Positions 1 to 11,990 of a stretch of DNA of 64,000 bases are shown one piece after another. The notes under the pieces are model-generated. The model saw nothing but the letters and a program-made list of their open reading frames with translations. It had not been told where the DNA came from and searched no databases. The stretch covers positions 101,062,001-101,126,000 of the forward strand of contig CM059432.1 in NCBI GenBank assembly GCA_030390025.1. Direction: 5' to 3'. Position numbers and translations under genes: made by a program. The DNA comes from Squalus acanthias (lineage: Eukaryota). Position 1 is the first letter of the stretch, and the number at the start of each line of letters is the position of its first letter.

Positions 1-250
1 TCCATTTAGACTACATCAAACACACTACCCTCATCGACCCTCCTTGTTGCCGCCTCAAAAATTTCAATCAAGTTAGTCAGACATAAACTTCCCTTAAAAA
101 ATCCATGCTGACTGTCCTTGATTAATCTGTGCCTTTCTAAATGACGATTAATACTGTCCCTTTGAATTTTTCCAATAATTTGCCCACCACTGAGGTTAGA
201 GTGACTGGCCTGTAATTACTCAGTCTATCCCTTACTCTTTTTTTAAATGA
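1..250 (-). mobile_element. CR1 LINE ORF2 (RT region) fragment, decayed; continues at 1268-2170
   Basis: Reverse strand resembles the NYRPVSLTSVVGK / SQHGF segment seen in other CR1 copies in this window (e.g. ORF 54648-55277). Confidence 0.85.
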
Positions 251-320
251 TGTGGAGATGCCGGTGTTGGACTGGGGTGGACAAATGTGAGAAGTCGCAC
301 AACGCCAGGTTATAGTCCAA

Positions 321-1213
321 GGGGGAAAAATTCAGTTGGTTGCGCCTCCCGTTAGCGCCTCAAGAGGGCGCTAATGGGGCGCAAAGCATCTGGCGCCCAG
401 GCGCGGCGAAGTTTGCGCCGCTCGCGAAATTAACTAGACATTTTGCGGCGGCGCTAAACACTACCGCCACGATCTCCTGCACCGGCAGATCGTGACGTCA
501 GTCGAGTGCGCAACGCCTCGGTATCGCCCCGGAGCGGATATTGAGTGGCGCCCCCTGCCTTACCGCCTGACGCTAGCAACGACAGGTTGAGGGGAGTGTT
601 CTGCAGTCATGAAGGGGAAGGGGGAGCGCTATTTAAAGGTGACCGCTTCCTGCCTTTTATTGTTGGTGCCATTTTTGAACTACGCATTCTGAGAGAGAGA
701 GGGAGAGACTTCTGGAGAGATTCAACGTTGTGTGAAGGAGTTTTGGGTACTGAGCAGCACTTTGCAGGTTCATTTTGATTTGCCATTCCTTGTATCGATT
801 TAGAAGAGACTGTGGGGGCTGCACTCTGAGCTCTTTGCCTGGTACTCTCCATTGTTCTTTCCAGCAGATTTGATGTGCAGGTCTCTCCAGGCCGAGATTC
901 AAGGCTGCAATGAGCAGGATGTGGATGGAAAGCAAGATTAACCATCCCCTTTAAGAACTGGCCCGTGCCATTGTGTGTGTGTTCCATTGCTGACTGACAT
1001 TACATGAGCTTCGCCAGCGCTCTGAGGTAGCGCCTCGCTCCTCGGCCTTTGCGCCTTAAGACAGGTGTGAAGCGCCTGATTTAGCGCTGCAATCACCTCC
1101 AGGGGCAATAAAAATCAAGTTTGCAGTCGGTGGCGATAATTAGCGCCAGGCGCTAATCTTTGCGCCCGGCCGATAATTGCGCCCCAAATGGGGCGATACT
1201 GAATTTCTCCCCC
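321..1213. mobile_element. PIF/Harbinger-type non-autonomous element, family A copy 1 (893 bp)
   Basis: TIRs GGGGGAAAAATTCAGT / ACTGAATTTCTCCCCC, 3-bp TSD CAA (318-320, 1214-1216); colinear with 8831-9724. Confidence 0.9.
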
Positions 1214-1232
1214 CAACAGTTTTATTTGAAAT

Positions 1233-1267
1233 CACAAGCTTTCGGAGCGCTGCTCCTTCGTCAGGTA
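1233..1267 (-). ncRNA. Minimal type I hammerhead ribozyme motif
   Basis: Minus strand: UAC-CUGACGA-A-GGAGC(AGC)GCUCC-GAAA-GC-UU-GUG; conserved core, 5-bp stem II, palindromic AGCU in place of stem III, only a 3-bp stem I. Confidence 0.7.
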
Positions 1268-2170
1268 CAACAGTACAATGTTAGCAGTCCTCCAGTCACC
1301 GGCACCACGCTTGCAGCCAGAGAGGATTCAAAAATGATGGTCAGAGCCTCCGCTATTTCTCCCTTGCATCTCTTAACAGCCTGGGATACATTTCATCCGG
1401 GCCTGGTAATTTATCTACTTTCAAAGATGCTAAACCCTTTAATATTTCATCTTTCATTATATTTATCCCATCCAATATTTCACATTCCTCCTAATAATCC
1501 CTACTCTTCCCTTAGTTATCTTCTTGCTCTTTATGTATTGATAAAACATTTTTGGGTTTTCCTTGATATTACTTGCCAATATTTTTTCATGCGCCCTCTT
1601 TGCTTTCCTAATTTCCTTTTTAATTTCACCCCTGCACTTTCTATACTCCTTTAAGCTTTCGGTAGTATTGAGCTCTTGGCATCTGACATAAGCTTCCCTT
1701 TTTTGTCTTATCCCACCTGTATGCTCCTTGACATCTACGAAGCTCTAGATTTGGAAGCCCTACCCTTTTCTTTGTGGGACATATTTGCTTTGAACCCTCA
1801 CTATCTCCTCATTGAATCCTCCCACTGCTCTGACACTGATTTACCTTCAAGTAGCTGTTTCCAGTCCACTTTCGCTAAATCACATCTCAACATAGTAAAA
1901 TTGGTCTTTCCCAAATGGAAAACTTTTACTCCTGGTCTATCTTCGTCGTTCTCCATAACTATGCTAAATCTAACTGAATTATGATCACTAGCACCAAAAT
2001 GCTGTCCCACTGATACCCTTTCTACCTGCCCAGATTCATTCCCAAAAACGAAGTCCAGAACTGCCCCCTCTTGTTGGGCTTGCTACGTACTGGCTAAAAA
2101 GCTCTCCTGAATACATTTTAAGAATTCTGCGCCCTCTATACCTTTTACACAGATTTAACCATTAATATTT
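1268..2170 (-). mobile_element. CR1 LINE ORF2 fragment (endonuclease-RT linker)
   Basis: ORF 1801-2010 has HFGASDHNSVRF (endonuclease C-terminal SDH motif); many stops. Confidence 0.85.
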
Positions 2171-2934
2171 GGGTATCTAGGAGAAGGTCCAGGTCCTGAC
2201 CTAATTTGCAGACTTTCCGCCACACACCTGCCAAAGTTATGACGGGAATGCATTGGAAGGGCCCGGAAGTGACGGAACAGTTGGTAGTACAAGAAACAGT
2301 TTTCAAGTGCAATTTAGTCTGACTTTACTTTAGGACAAATACACAAAAGCTGATGTTATATTAATTGCTGATGTTTACTTTCTTCTTGATAGATCAGGCT
2401 TTTGTATACCTTAAGGAAACCATTGCTTTCTTTATGTAATTTTATGAAATAAATTGTATTCAGTCAAGTCCTACAGTAATGCTATTAGTTTATTACACTC
2501 ATCTCTCAAACATTCTTAAATTGTCAGATCTGAATCATAAAATCAAAGAAGTTGCAGCGCTGAAGGAGGTTATTCGGCCCATCATGCCTGTGCTATCTCT
2601 TCAACTGGAGCTATCTGATCTAATCCCATTTCCCTATCGCATCTCCATACTCTTTTATATTCCACTTTTCGAAACACTTACGCAATTTCTTTTGAAATAA
2701 TGTTATGGGGCCAAAATTTCCAAGACTCAACATCACCGGTGGGACCTCACACACATGTGGCTTATGGGAAAACTGTAGGCAGTGCTCAACATCAACGTTT
2801 TGTGAAGACACTTGAGAGTGTCAAGTAGCCTATACAGTTTGAGTGCTCTTATGGAGGAGACCACAACCTCTATCTGTGTAGGGTTGTGTGACCACTTGAC
2901 CGAACTGCAAAGCACAATGGGATGTGTGGCCATT

Positions 2935-4250
2935 CATAGAATCATAGAAACTTATAACAGAGAAGGAGGCCAATCTGCCCATTATGCCTTTGCTGGCTCT
3001 TAGTCCCAAATTCCCATTTTTTGTCTATAACCCTGCAAGTTCCTCATTCTCAAGTACCTGTCCAACTCCCTTTTAAAATTATTTATGGAATCAGCTTCCA
3101 CCACCTTTTCAGGTAGAGCGTTCCAGATCTTGACAATGCTCTGAGTGAAAAAAAAATTCTCCTCATCTCCCCTCTAGATCTTTTGCCAATGATTTTAAAT
3201 CTGTGACTTTTGTATATTGACCCACTCACCAGAGGGAATAATTTTTCTCTACCTACTCTATCAAAACCTCTCATTATCTTGAAAACCTTGATTAAGTCAC
3301 CTCTTAACCTTCTTTGTTTTGACCTCTCCTCATAACTGAAGTCCCTCATTCTGCTAACATCTTGGTAAACGTCCACTGTACCCTTTCGAAAGCCTTTACA
3401 TCTTTCCTTAAACGTGGTGCCCAGAATTGTCCACAATACTCCAGCTGAGGCCTAACCAGTGATTTATAAAGATTTAACAATCTCTTTACTTTTATATTCT
3501 ATTCCTCTATTTAGAAACCCAAGTAACCCATATCCTTATTTAACCACCTTATCAACTTGCACTGCCACCTTTAAGGATTTGTGTATATGGACGCCAAGGT
3601 CTCTCTGCTAATCTACTCTTTTCAAAATCGTGCCATTTATAGTGTAGTTTTTCTTTATTAGTCCTCCCAAAGTGCATCACTTCACACTTCTCCAAATTGA
3701 GCTCCATCTGCCATGCTTCTGCCCATTTCATCATACTGTCTATGTCATCGTGAAGTCATAGCGTCATAATGGCACAGAAGGAGGCCATTTGGCCCATTGA
3801 GTCCGTGCCGGTCTACTATCCTCATCACTATCTACTAAGTTGCTAAGTTTCGTTTCATCTGCAATTTTTATAATGATGCTGCCTACACCCGAGTGTAGGT
3901 CGTTTATAAAAATTGAAAAGAGTAATGGATCCAAAACTAACCCTTGGGGAATACCACTGCAAACCACCTCCCAGACTGAAAAACGTCCATCCACCACCTG
4001 TTTCTGTCACTGAGTCAATTCCATATCCATACTGCCACATTCCCCTTAATTCCATGGGCTTCCATCTTCTTAACAGACCTTCTGAGTGGCATTTTGTCGA
4101 ATGCCTTCCAAAAGTCCATATATACAACATCTACTGCACTACCTTGATCAATCTTCTCTGTTACCTCATCAAAGAATTCAATCAAGTTAGTCAGACACGA
4201 TTTGCCTTTAACAAATCTATGCTGGCTCTCCTTGATTAACCTATGCTTTT
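2935..4250 (-). mobile_element. CR1 LINE 3' portion, decayed, with a ~55-bp CR1 tail nested at ~3757-3812
   Basis: Tail CATAGAATCATAGAA at 2935; ORFs with RRLRGDLIKVFKIM, SGIPQGLVLDPLLF, KIADETKL. Confidence 0.9.
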
Positions 4251-6145
4251 CATAGAATCATAGAAATTTATGACACAGAAGGAGGCCATTCGACCCATCA
4301 TGTCTGTGCCGGCCGAAAAAGAGCTATCCAGCCTAATCCCACTTTCCAGCTCTTGGTCCGTAGCCTTGTAGGTTACAACACTTCAAATGCATATCCAAGT
4401 ACTTTTTAAATGTGATGAGTGTTTCTGCCTCTACCACCCTTTCAGACAGTGAGTTCCAGACCCTCACCACCCTCAGTGAAAAAAGTTCTCCTCAACTCCC
4501 CTCTAATCCTTCTACCAATTACTTTAAATCTTTGCCCCCTGGTTATTGACCTCTGTGCTCGGGGAAATAAGTCCTTCCTATCCACTCTATCTAGGCCCCT
4601 CGTAATTTTATACACCTCAATCAAGTTTCCCATCAGCCTCCTCTGTTCCAAAGAAAACAACCCCAGCCTATCCAATTTTTCCTCATAGCTAAAATTCTCC
4701 AGTCCTGGCAACATCCTCGTAAATCTCCTCTGTACCCTCTCTAGTGCAATCACATCTTTCCTGTAATGTGGTGACCAGAACTGTACACAGTACTCTAGCT
4801 GTGGCCTAACTAGTGTTTTATACTCTATGCCTCGGCTAATAAAGGACAGTACCGCGTATGCCTTCTTAACCATATTATCTACCTGTCCTGCGACCATCAA
4901 GGATCTGTGGACATGCACTCCAAGATCCCTCTGTTCCTCCACACTTCTCAGGTGGGTGATTGGGCAGAAGCATGGCAGATGCAGTATAATGTGGATAAAT
5001 GCGAGGTTATCCACTTTGGTGGCAAAAACAGAAAGGCAGATTATTATCTGAACGGCAATAGATTGGGAGAAGGGGAAGTGCAACGAGACCTGAGTGTCCT
5101 TGTGCACCAGTCGCTGAAGGTAAGCATGCAGGTACAGCAGGCGGTTAAGAAGGCAAATGGTATGTTGGCCTTTGTAGCGAGAGGGTTTGAGTACAGGAAC
5201 AAGGATGTCTTGCTGCAGTTGTACAGGGCCTTGGTGAGACCACACCTTGAGTATTGTGTGCAGTTTTGGTCGCCTTATCTGAGGAAGGATGTTCTTGCCA
5301 TGGAGGGTGTGCAGCGAAGATTCACCAGACTGATACTTGGGATGGCAGGAATGACGTACGAGGAGAGATTGGGTCGATTGGGCTTATACTCGCTGGAGTT
5401 TAGAAGAATGAGAGGAGATCTCATTGAAACTTATAAAATTCTAACAGGGCTAGACAGACTGGATGCAGGAAGGATGTTCCCGATGGCGGGTGAGTCGAGA
5501 ACAAGAGGTCACAGTCTAAAGATAAGGGGTAAGCCATTTAGGACAGAGATGAGGAGGAATTTCTTCACCCAGAGAGTGGTGAACCTGTGGAATTCTCTAC
5601 CACAGAAGGCAGTTGAGGCCAAGTCAGTAAATATATTCAAGAAGGAGTTAGATATATTTCTAAAGGCATTAAGGGATATGGGGAGATGGCAGGGACAGGG
5701 TACTGAGTTTGGATGATCAGCCATGATCTCATCGAATGGCGGAGCAGGCTCGAGGGGCTAAATGGCCTACTCCTGCTCCTATCTTCTATGTTTCTATGTT
5801 TCTCAGTATCCTACCATTTATTGTGTATTCCCTTGCCTTGTTAGCCCTCCCCAAATGCATTACCTGACACTTCTCCAGATTGAATTCCATTTGTCACTTT
5901 TCTACCCACCTGACCAGTCCATTGATATCTTCCTGCAGTCTAGTTTTCTTCCTCACCATCAACCACACGGCCAATTTTTGTATCATCTGCAAACTTATTC
6001 ATCATGCCCCCTTTCCAAATGAAAGTTTATTTTATCCCTGATAATGGTTTCTAATAACTTCCCCACCACTGATGTTAGGTTGACTGGGCTGTAGTTTCCT
6101 GGTTTATCCCTCTCCCCTTTCTTGAATAGTGGCATAACATAAGCA
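4251..6145 (-). mobile_element. CR1 LINE 3' portion, interrupted by an opposite-strand CR1 at 4952-5799
   Basis: Tail at 4251; ORF 4442-5245 has [19 protein letters not shown]; resumes at 5800. Confidence 0.9.
4952..5799 (+). mobile_element. 5'-truncated CR1 LINE with open ORF2 C-terminus
   Basis: ORF 4907-5716 ([30 protein letters not shown]); tail TTCTATGTTTCTATG; TSD TTCTCAG (4945-4951, 5800-5806). Confidence 0.92.
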
Positions 6146-6429
6146 ACACTCTGCAGCAAAGCTCCACTTCCTGAGGATCCAGTCTCAGGCTTGGCTTCTT
6201 TCACAAATAATTTGAGCTCCAACCAACAACAATCTGTCTTACCTGGATTCACCTTATTGGGGAACCAGGTTAAACAGGGCTAATCTCATTGCTGCCCAGA
6301 TGTCTGCCCCCATACAGGTTCTTCTACCTCCTGAGGATGTGTCCAGCATTACAGGACTGGCAGCACACGACTGTTTGTTGAAGATTGGGAAATTTGGCAG
6401 ATACTGCTGTTGCTTGGAAGGACTCCAAA

Positions 6430-6690
6430 AGAACCAGAGGCGAGATGAGGATAATTTTTTTATGCAGCGAGTTGTTATGATCTGAAATGCACAGCCTGAA
6501 AGAGTGATGAAAGTAAATTCAATAATAACTTTCAAAAGGGAATTGGATAAATACTTGAAGGGAAAAAAACTGTAAGGCTATGGGGAAAGGGCAGGAGAAT
6601 GGTAGTAATTGTATAGGTCTTTCAAAGAGCTGGAACAAGCACGATGGGCCGAATGGCCTCCTTCTGTGCTGTATCATTCTATGACTCCAT
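6430..6690 (+). mobile_element. CR1 3' end fragment
   Basis: NFFMQRVVMI-like frame, then GATGGGCCGAATGGCCTCCTTCTG and ATTCTATGA tail. Confidence 0.85.
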
Positions 6691-6847
6691 GGAATCAAAG
6701 TTCAAGGCAAGTATCTTGACAGTCAGAGTAATTTTGTGAGGTATAAATGGTTATCAAATGTGGTTGCAGGAATGTGCGTATGTGTGTAATGGCTTGCTTG
6801 ATGAATCATAATCTCCACATGCAGACGTCTTCCTGCATCTGAGTAGG

Positions 6848-6951
6848 AATAAAAACAGAAAATGCTGGAAGTACTCAGCAAGTCAGACAGCATCTGTCAA
6901 GAGAGAAACAGAGTTAACGTTTCAGGTCGATGACCTTTCGTCAGAACTCTG
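6848..6951 (-). mobile_element. Penelope-like pLTR-derived short repeat
   Basis: AAAACAGAAAATGCTGGAAGTACTCAGC...GCAGCATCTG...AAACAGAGTTAACGTTTCAGG; related to 22897-23028; contains a hammerhead. Confidence 0.7.
6909..6951 (-). ncRNA. Minimal type I hammerhead ribozyme
   Basis: Minus strand: CAGAGUU-CUGACGA-A-AGGUC(AUC)GACCU-GAAA-CG-UU-AACUCUG; perfect 7-bp stem I, 5-bp stem II, palindromic ACGU. Confidence 0.85.
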
Positions 6952-7196
6952 CTCTGCACAAGGAGTATTAAATTAGTAAATATAACCAGCAGATAATTGT
7001 GAAGTAGGAATGTCTCATCCTGTGCTTATGGTCACAATATAAAGGCAGATCCTGCATAAGCTCAGAGGGTGCCAATGTACCTATCTGGCATCGCTCCTCT
7101 CATCCGCTCCCTCTTCCTTACAAACCTGCAAAATTGAAGGGATGACCATAGAAATGCCCATATAGGCAGCACAGTATGAAATATCCATGGGGGGAT

Positions 7197-10100
7197 AAAA
7201 ATAGAATCGCAGGAGGAGGCCATTCGGCCCTTCGAGCGTGCTCCGCCATTCAATATGATCATGGCTGATCCTCTATCTCAATACCATATTCCCGCTCTCT
7301 CCCCATACCCCTTGATGCCTTTTGTGTCTAGAAATCTATCTATCTCCTTCTTAAATATATTCAGTGACTTGGCCTCCACAGCCTTCTGTGGTAGAGAATT
7401 CCACAGGTTCACCACCCTTTGAGTGAAGAAATTTCTCCTCATCTCAGTCCTAAATGTCCTACCCCGTATCCTGAGACTGTGATTCCTCGTTCTAGAGCCC
7501 CCAGCCAGGGGAAACATCCTCCCTGCATCCAGTCTGTCTAGCCCTGTCAGAATTTTATACGTTTCAATGAGATCCCCTCTCATTCTTCAAAACTCTAGTG
7601 AATACAGGCCTAGTCGACCCAATCTCTCCTCATGCAACAGTCCTGCCATCCCAGGAGTCAGGCTGGTGAACCTTCGCTACACTCCCTCTATGGCAATATA
7701 TCCTTTCTTGGGTAAGGAGACCAAAACTGCACACAGTACTCCAGGTGTGGTCTCACCAAGGCCCTGTATAACTGTAGTAAGACATCCTTGCTCCTGTACT
7801 CAAATATACCAATATACCATTTGCCTTCCTAACTGCTTGCTGCACCTGCATGTTTGCTTTCAGTGACTGGTGTACAAGGACACCCAGGTCCCTTTGTACA
7901 TCAACATTTCCCAATCTATCACCATTTAAATAATACTCTGCCTTTCTGTTTTTCCTACCGAAGTGGATAACTTCACATTTATCCACGTTATACTGCATCT
8001 GCCATGTATTTGCCCACTCACTCAACTTGTCTAAATCACCTTGAAGCCTCTTTGCATCCTCCTCACAACTCACAATCCCACCTAGTTTTCTGTCGTCAGC
8101 AAACTTGGAAATATTACATTTGGTTCCCTCATCCAAATCATTGATATATATTGTGAATAGCTGGGGCCCAAGCACCGATCCCTGCTAGTCACCGCCTGCC
8201 ACCCCGAAAAAGACCCATTTATTCCTACTCTCTGTTTCCTCTCTGTTAACCAATTTTCAATCCATGCCAGTATATTACCCCCAATCCCATGTGCTTTAAC
8301 TTTGCACAGTAACCTCTTATGTAGGACTATATCAAAGGCCTTCTGAAAATCCAAATGCACCACATCCACTGGTTCTCCCTTATTTATTCTACCAGTTACA
8401 TCCTCAAAAAACTCCAGTAGGTTTGTCAAACACGATTTCCCTTTCATAAACCCATGCTGGCTTTGTCTAATCCCGTTGATATTTTCTAAGTGTCCTGTTA
8501 TCACATCCTTTATAATAGACTCTAGCATTTTCCCTACTACTGATGTTAGGCTAACCGGTCTGTAGTTCCCTGTTTTCTCTCTCCCTCCTTCTTTTAAATA
8601 GTGGGGTTACATTTGCCACCCTCCAATCTGCAGGAACTGTTCCATAATCTATAGAATTTTGGAAGATGACAACCAATGCATCCACTATTTTCATGGCTAC
8701 CTCTTTTAGTACTCTGGGATACAGATTATCAGGCCCTGGGGATTTATCGGCTTTCAGTCCCATTAATTTCTCCCACTATTTTTTTACGAATACTAATTTC
8801 CTTTAATTCCTCCTTCTCACTCGACCCTTGGGGGTAAAAATTCACTTGGTTGCGCCACCCGTTAGCGCCTTAAGAGGGCGCTAATGGGGCGCAAAGCCGC
8901 TAACGCCCGGGCGCAGCGATGTTTGCGCCGCTCGAGAACTTAACTTGAGATTGTGCGGCAGCGCTAAAACTTACCGCTGCGACCACCTGCGCGCGCAGAT
9001 TGTGACGTCATTCCATGGTGCAACGCCCTTGGGGCGCCCCGTAGCGGAAATTGAGTGGCGCCCCCTGCCTTACCGCCTGGCGCTTCCAACGACCAGAAGA
9101 CTGGAACGCTATCAATCGCTGTGGGGCTGGGGGGGGCGCTATTTAAAGGGGGCCTCTTCCTGTCTTTTATTGTTGGTGGCATTTTTGAACTACGCATTCT
9201 GAGAGAGAGAGGGAGAGACTTCGGGAGAGATTCAACGTTGTGTGAAGGAGTTTTGGGTACTGAGCAGCACTTTGCAGGTTCATTTTGATTTGCCATTCCT
9301 TGTATCGATTTAGCAGAGACCGTGGGAGCTGCACTCTGAGCTCTTTGCCTGGTGCTCTCCATTGTTCTTTCCAGCACATTTGATGTGCAAGTCTCTCCAG
9401 GCCGAGATTCAAGGCAGCAATGAACAGGATGTGGATGGAAAGCAAGATTAACCATCCCCTTTAAGAACTGGCCCGTGCCATTGTGTGTGTGTTCCATTGC
9501 TGACTGACATTACATGAGCTTCGCCAGCGCTCCGAGTTAGCGCCTCACTGCTCGGCCTTTGCGCCTTAAGAGAGGTGTGCAGCGCCTGCTTTAGCACTCC
9601 ACTCACCTCCCGGGGCGGTAAAAGTGAAGTTTCCCGTCAGTGCCGATAATTAGCGCCAGGCGCTAATATTTGCGTCCGGACGATATTTGCGCCCCAAATA
9701 GGGGCGTGACCTAATTTCTACCCCTTGGTTCCTTAGCATTTCTGGGAAGTTATTGGTGTCCTCTTCCTTGAAGACAGAACCAAAGTATTTGGTTAATTGC
9801 CCTGCCATTTCCTTGTTCCCCATTATAAATTCTCCCGTTTCTGACTGTAAGGGACCTACATTTGTCTTCACTAATCTTTTTCTTTTTACATACTTGTAGA
9901 AGCTTTTACAGTCTGCTTTTATGTTCCTTGCAAGTTTACTCTCATACTCTATTTTTCCCCTCTTAATCAATCTCTTGGTCCTTTTTTGCTGAACTTTAAA
10001 CTGCTCCCAATCCTCAGCCTTGCTACTTTTTCTGGTAACTTTACATGACTCTTCTTTGGATCTAATACTATCCTTCATTTCTTTTGTTAGCCATGGTTGG

Positions 10101-11157
10101 GCCGCTTTTCCTTTTGTGTTTTTGTGCCAGAAAGGAATGTATAACTGTTGCAATTCATGCATTCGTTCCTTAAATGTTAGCCATTGTCTATCCACCGTCA
10201 TGCCTTTTAATGAAGCTCCCCAATCTATCATAGCCAACTCACTCCTCATACCATCGTAGTTTCCTTTGTTTAGATTTCGGACCCTAGTTTCAGATTGGAC
10301 TTCTTCACTCTCCATTTTAATGAAGAATTCTACCATGTTATGGTCACTCTTCCCTAAAGGACCCCGCACAACAAGATTATTAATTAACCCCTTCTCATTG
10401 CACAATACCCAATCTAGGATAGCCTGTTCCCTAGTTGGTTCCTCAACGTACTGGTCTAAAAAAAACATCTCGTACACACTCCAGGAATTCATCCTCCACA
10501 GTATTATTGCTAATTTGGTTTGGCCAGTCTATATGTAGATTAAAGTCACCCATGATTACTGTAGTACCCTTGTTACATGCATCTCTAATTTCCTGTTTGA
10601 TGCCATCCCCTACATTACCACTACTGTTTGGAGGCCTATAGACAACTCCCATCAATGTTTTCTGCCCCATGGTGCTTCTTAGCTCCACCCAGACTGATTC
10701 TACATCTTGATTTTCTGAGCCAATATCCTTTCTCACTATTGCTCTGATTTCATCCTTTTCTAACAACGCCACCCCACCTCCTTTTCCTTATTGCCTGTCC
10801 TTCCTAAATATCAAATATCCTTGGATATTCAGCTCCCAGCCTTGGTCACCCTGCAGCCATGTCTCCGTAATCGCAATTATATCGTATCCGCTTTCATCTA
10901 TTTGCGCTGTTAATTCGTCTACCTGATTACGAATGCTTCGTGTATTCAGATACAGTGCCTTTAGATTTGTCTTTAAAAATTTTTAGACATCTTAACATTT
11001 TTTTGTACTATGGCCCTATTTGTCTTACCATTTTTTCTTACCCAGACCCTATTTGTTAGTGCACTCTGTCCCTTTCCTGCACTGCTTCCTCGTCTTTTCT
11101 TTTTAGCATTCTAGATTTCTCTCCACCGGGCCCCTCCCTCCCCTTATTTATTTTAAA
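7197..11157 (-). mobile_element. CR1 LINE covering essentially all of ORF2 (APE endonuclease + RT), frameshifted, split by the MITE at 8831-9724
   Basis: Minus-strand frames give LYLNTRSIRN..IAITETWL (~10960-10850), VYRPP, MGDFN, SDH, SQHGFMKGKSC, DFQKAFD, KFADD, RMRGDLIETYKI; 3' UTR at ~7197-7277. Confidence 0.95.
8831..9724. mobile_element. PIF/Harbinger-type non-autonomous element, family A copy 2 (894 bp)
   Basis: TIRs GGGGTAAAAATT / AATTTCTACCCC, TSD TTG (8828-8830, 9725-9727); host CR1 sequence rejoins cleanly. Confidence 0.92.
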
Positions 11158-11669
11158 AGGTGACCTAGCAGATGCAATGCAGTTTCTGAGAAGCTGATAA
11201 TGCCTTAGCACCAAAACAAAGCAGTAGACAAACAAATACTCTGCTCTGCAGCAAGGAGTATTAGATATGTAAACATAGCCAGCAGGTAATTGTAGCAATT
11301 TAGAAAACATAGCGCAGGTTAAGAATCCTACACTAAACATCACTGAAGTAGTCTCCCTTGAAATAAATGCTGAGCATGTGGAACGCAAACATGTATGGGG
11401 GTTTGCTATACCTTATATGAAATGGAGGGGGCCTTAATGAGTGCCATGCAGAGTACATGCATAGGGTCTCCATTCTCAAAGTGCTTCCAGCCCTCCTTAT
11501 CATACGCAATGCCAATGCCCAAAGCAGAGGATGCTATGGGAACCATGGATCACATTATCAGCCCCATGCTACTAGAATTTTTTTTTTTAGTGTGCTCTAT
11601 CTACCATGACTCCTAAAATATATATTTTTTTAAATTCATCGCTAATAGGTAAAGGTGCTACCTAGCATA

Positions 11670-11990
11670 GTATTAAGCCGTAGCAAGCAGAAGGTTCCAG
11701 CTTTGATTTCCTGTCGAATGATCTCAGTCAGAGCAGCAATTAAAATGCTACAGCTGGCCTGAGTACCCCTGAGCTAAGAAGGAGTACAATCAGTCCCCAC
11801 TCTTGGCCCCTGCTGGAAAGTAAATATGTAAAGATGTCGCGAGGGGCAGGATTGGGCTTGGCTGTTCTGCCCAATTCAGTTGAATAGCCTGCCCTGACAC
11901 TCACTGTCTAAGCTCACATGTATAGTACGGCTGGCTGCAAAGAGCTGCTAATGCCTGTAGAACCAAACCCCAAACCCACAGAAGAGGGAA
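11670..11990 (+). mobile_element. Old, diverged SINE-like repeat (related copies ~56240-56560 + and ~43270-43490 -)
   Basis: Shared blocks with the 56.3-kb copy (TGATCT, CCCCTGAGCTAAG / CTCTGGACTAGG, GCTGGAA, AATAGC, CTCACATG / GTCACACATG); degenerate B-box-like start. Confidence 0.55.

Larger units (their letters stand above)
251..1267 (-). mobile_element. Short Penelope-like (pLTR-derived) repeat, split by the MITE at 321-1213
   Basis: 251-320 (...GGTTATAGTCCAA) rejoins 1217-1267 (CAGTTTTATTTG...GCTTTCGGAGCGCTGCTCCTTCGTCAGG) when the MITE and one CAA are removed; carries a hammerhead core. Confidence 0.7.

Noticed and set aside
607..987. 126-aa and 177-aa ORFs (MEHTHNG...) repeated at 8964-9497
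   Set aside because: Both lie in near-identical MITE cores, several overlapping frames are equally open, and no domain is recognisable
4442..5245. 267-aa ORF as a single protein
   Set aside because: Chimeric read-through across the junction of two opposite-strand CR1 copies
6240..6430. Minus-strand exon ending at CAG|GTAAGA (~6243)
   Set aside because: Stops close upstream in all frames and no convincing acceptor
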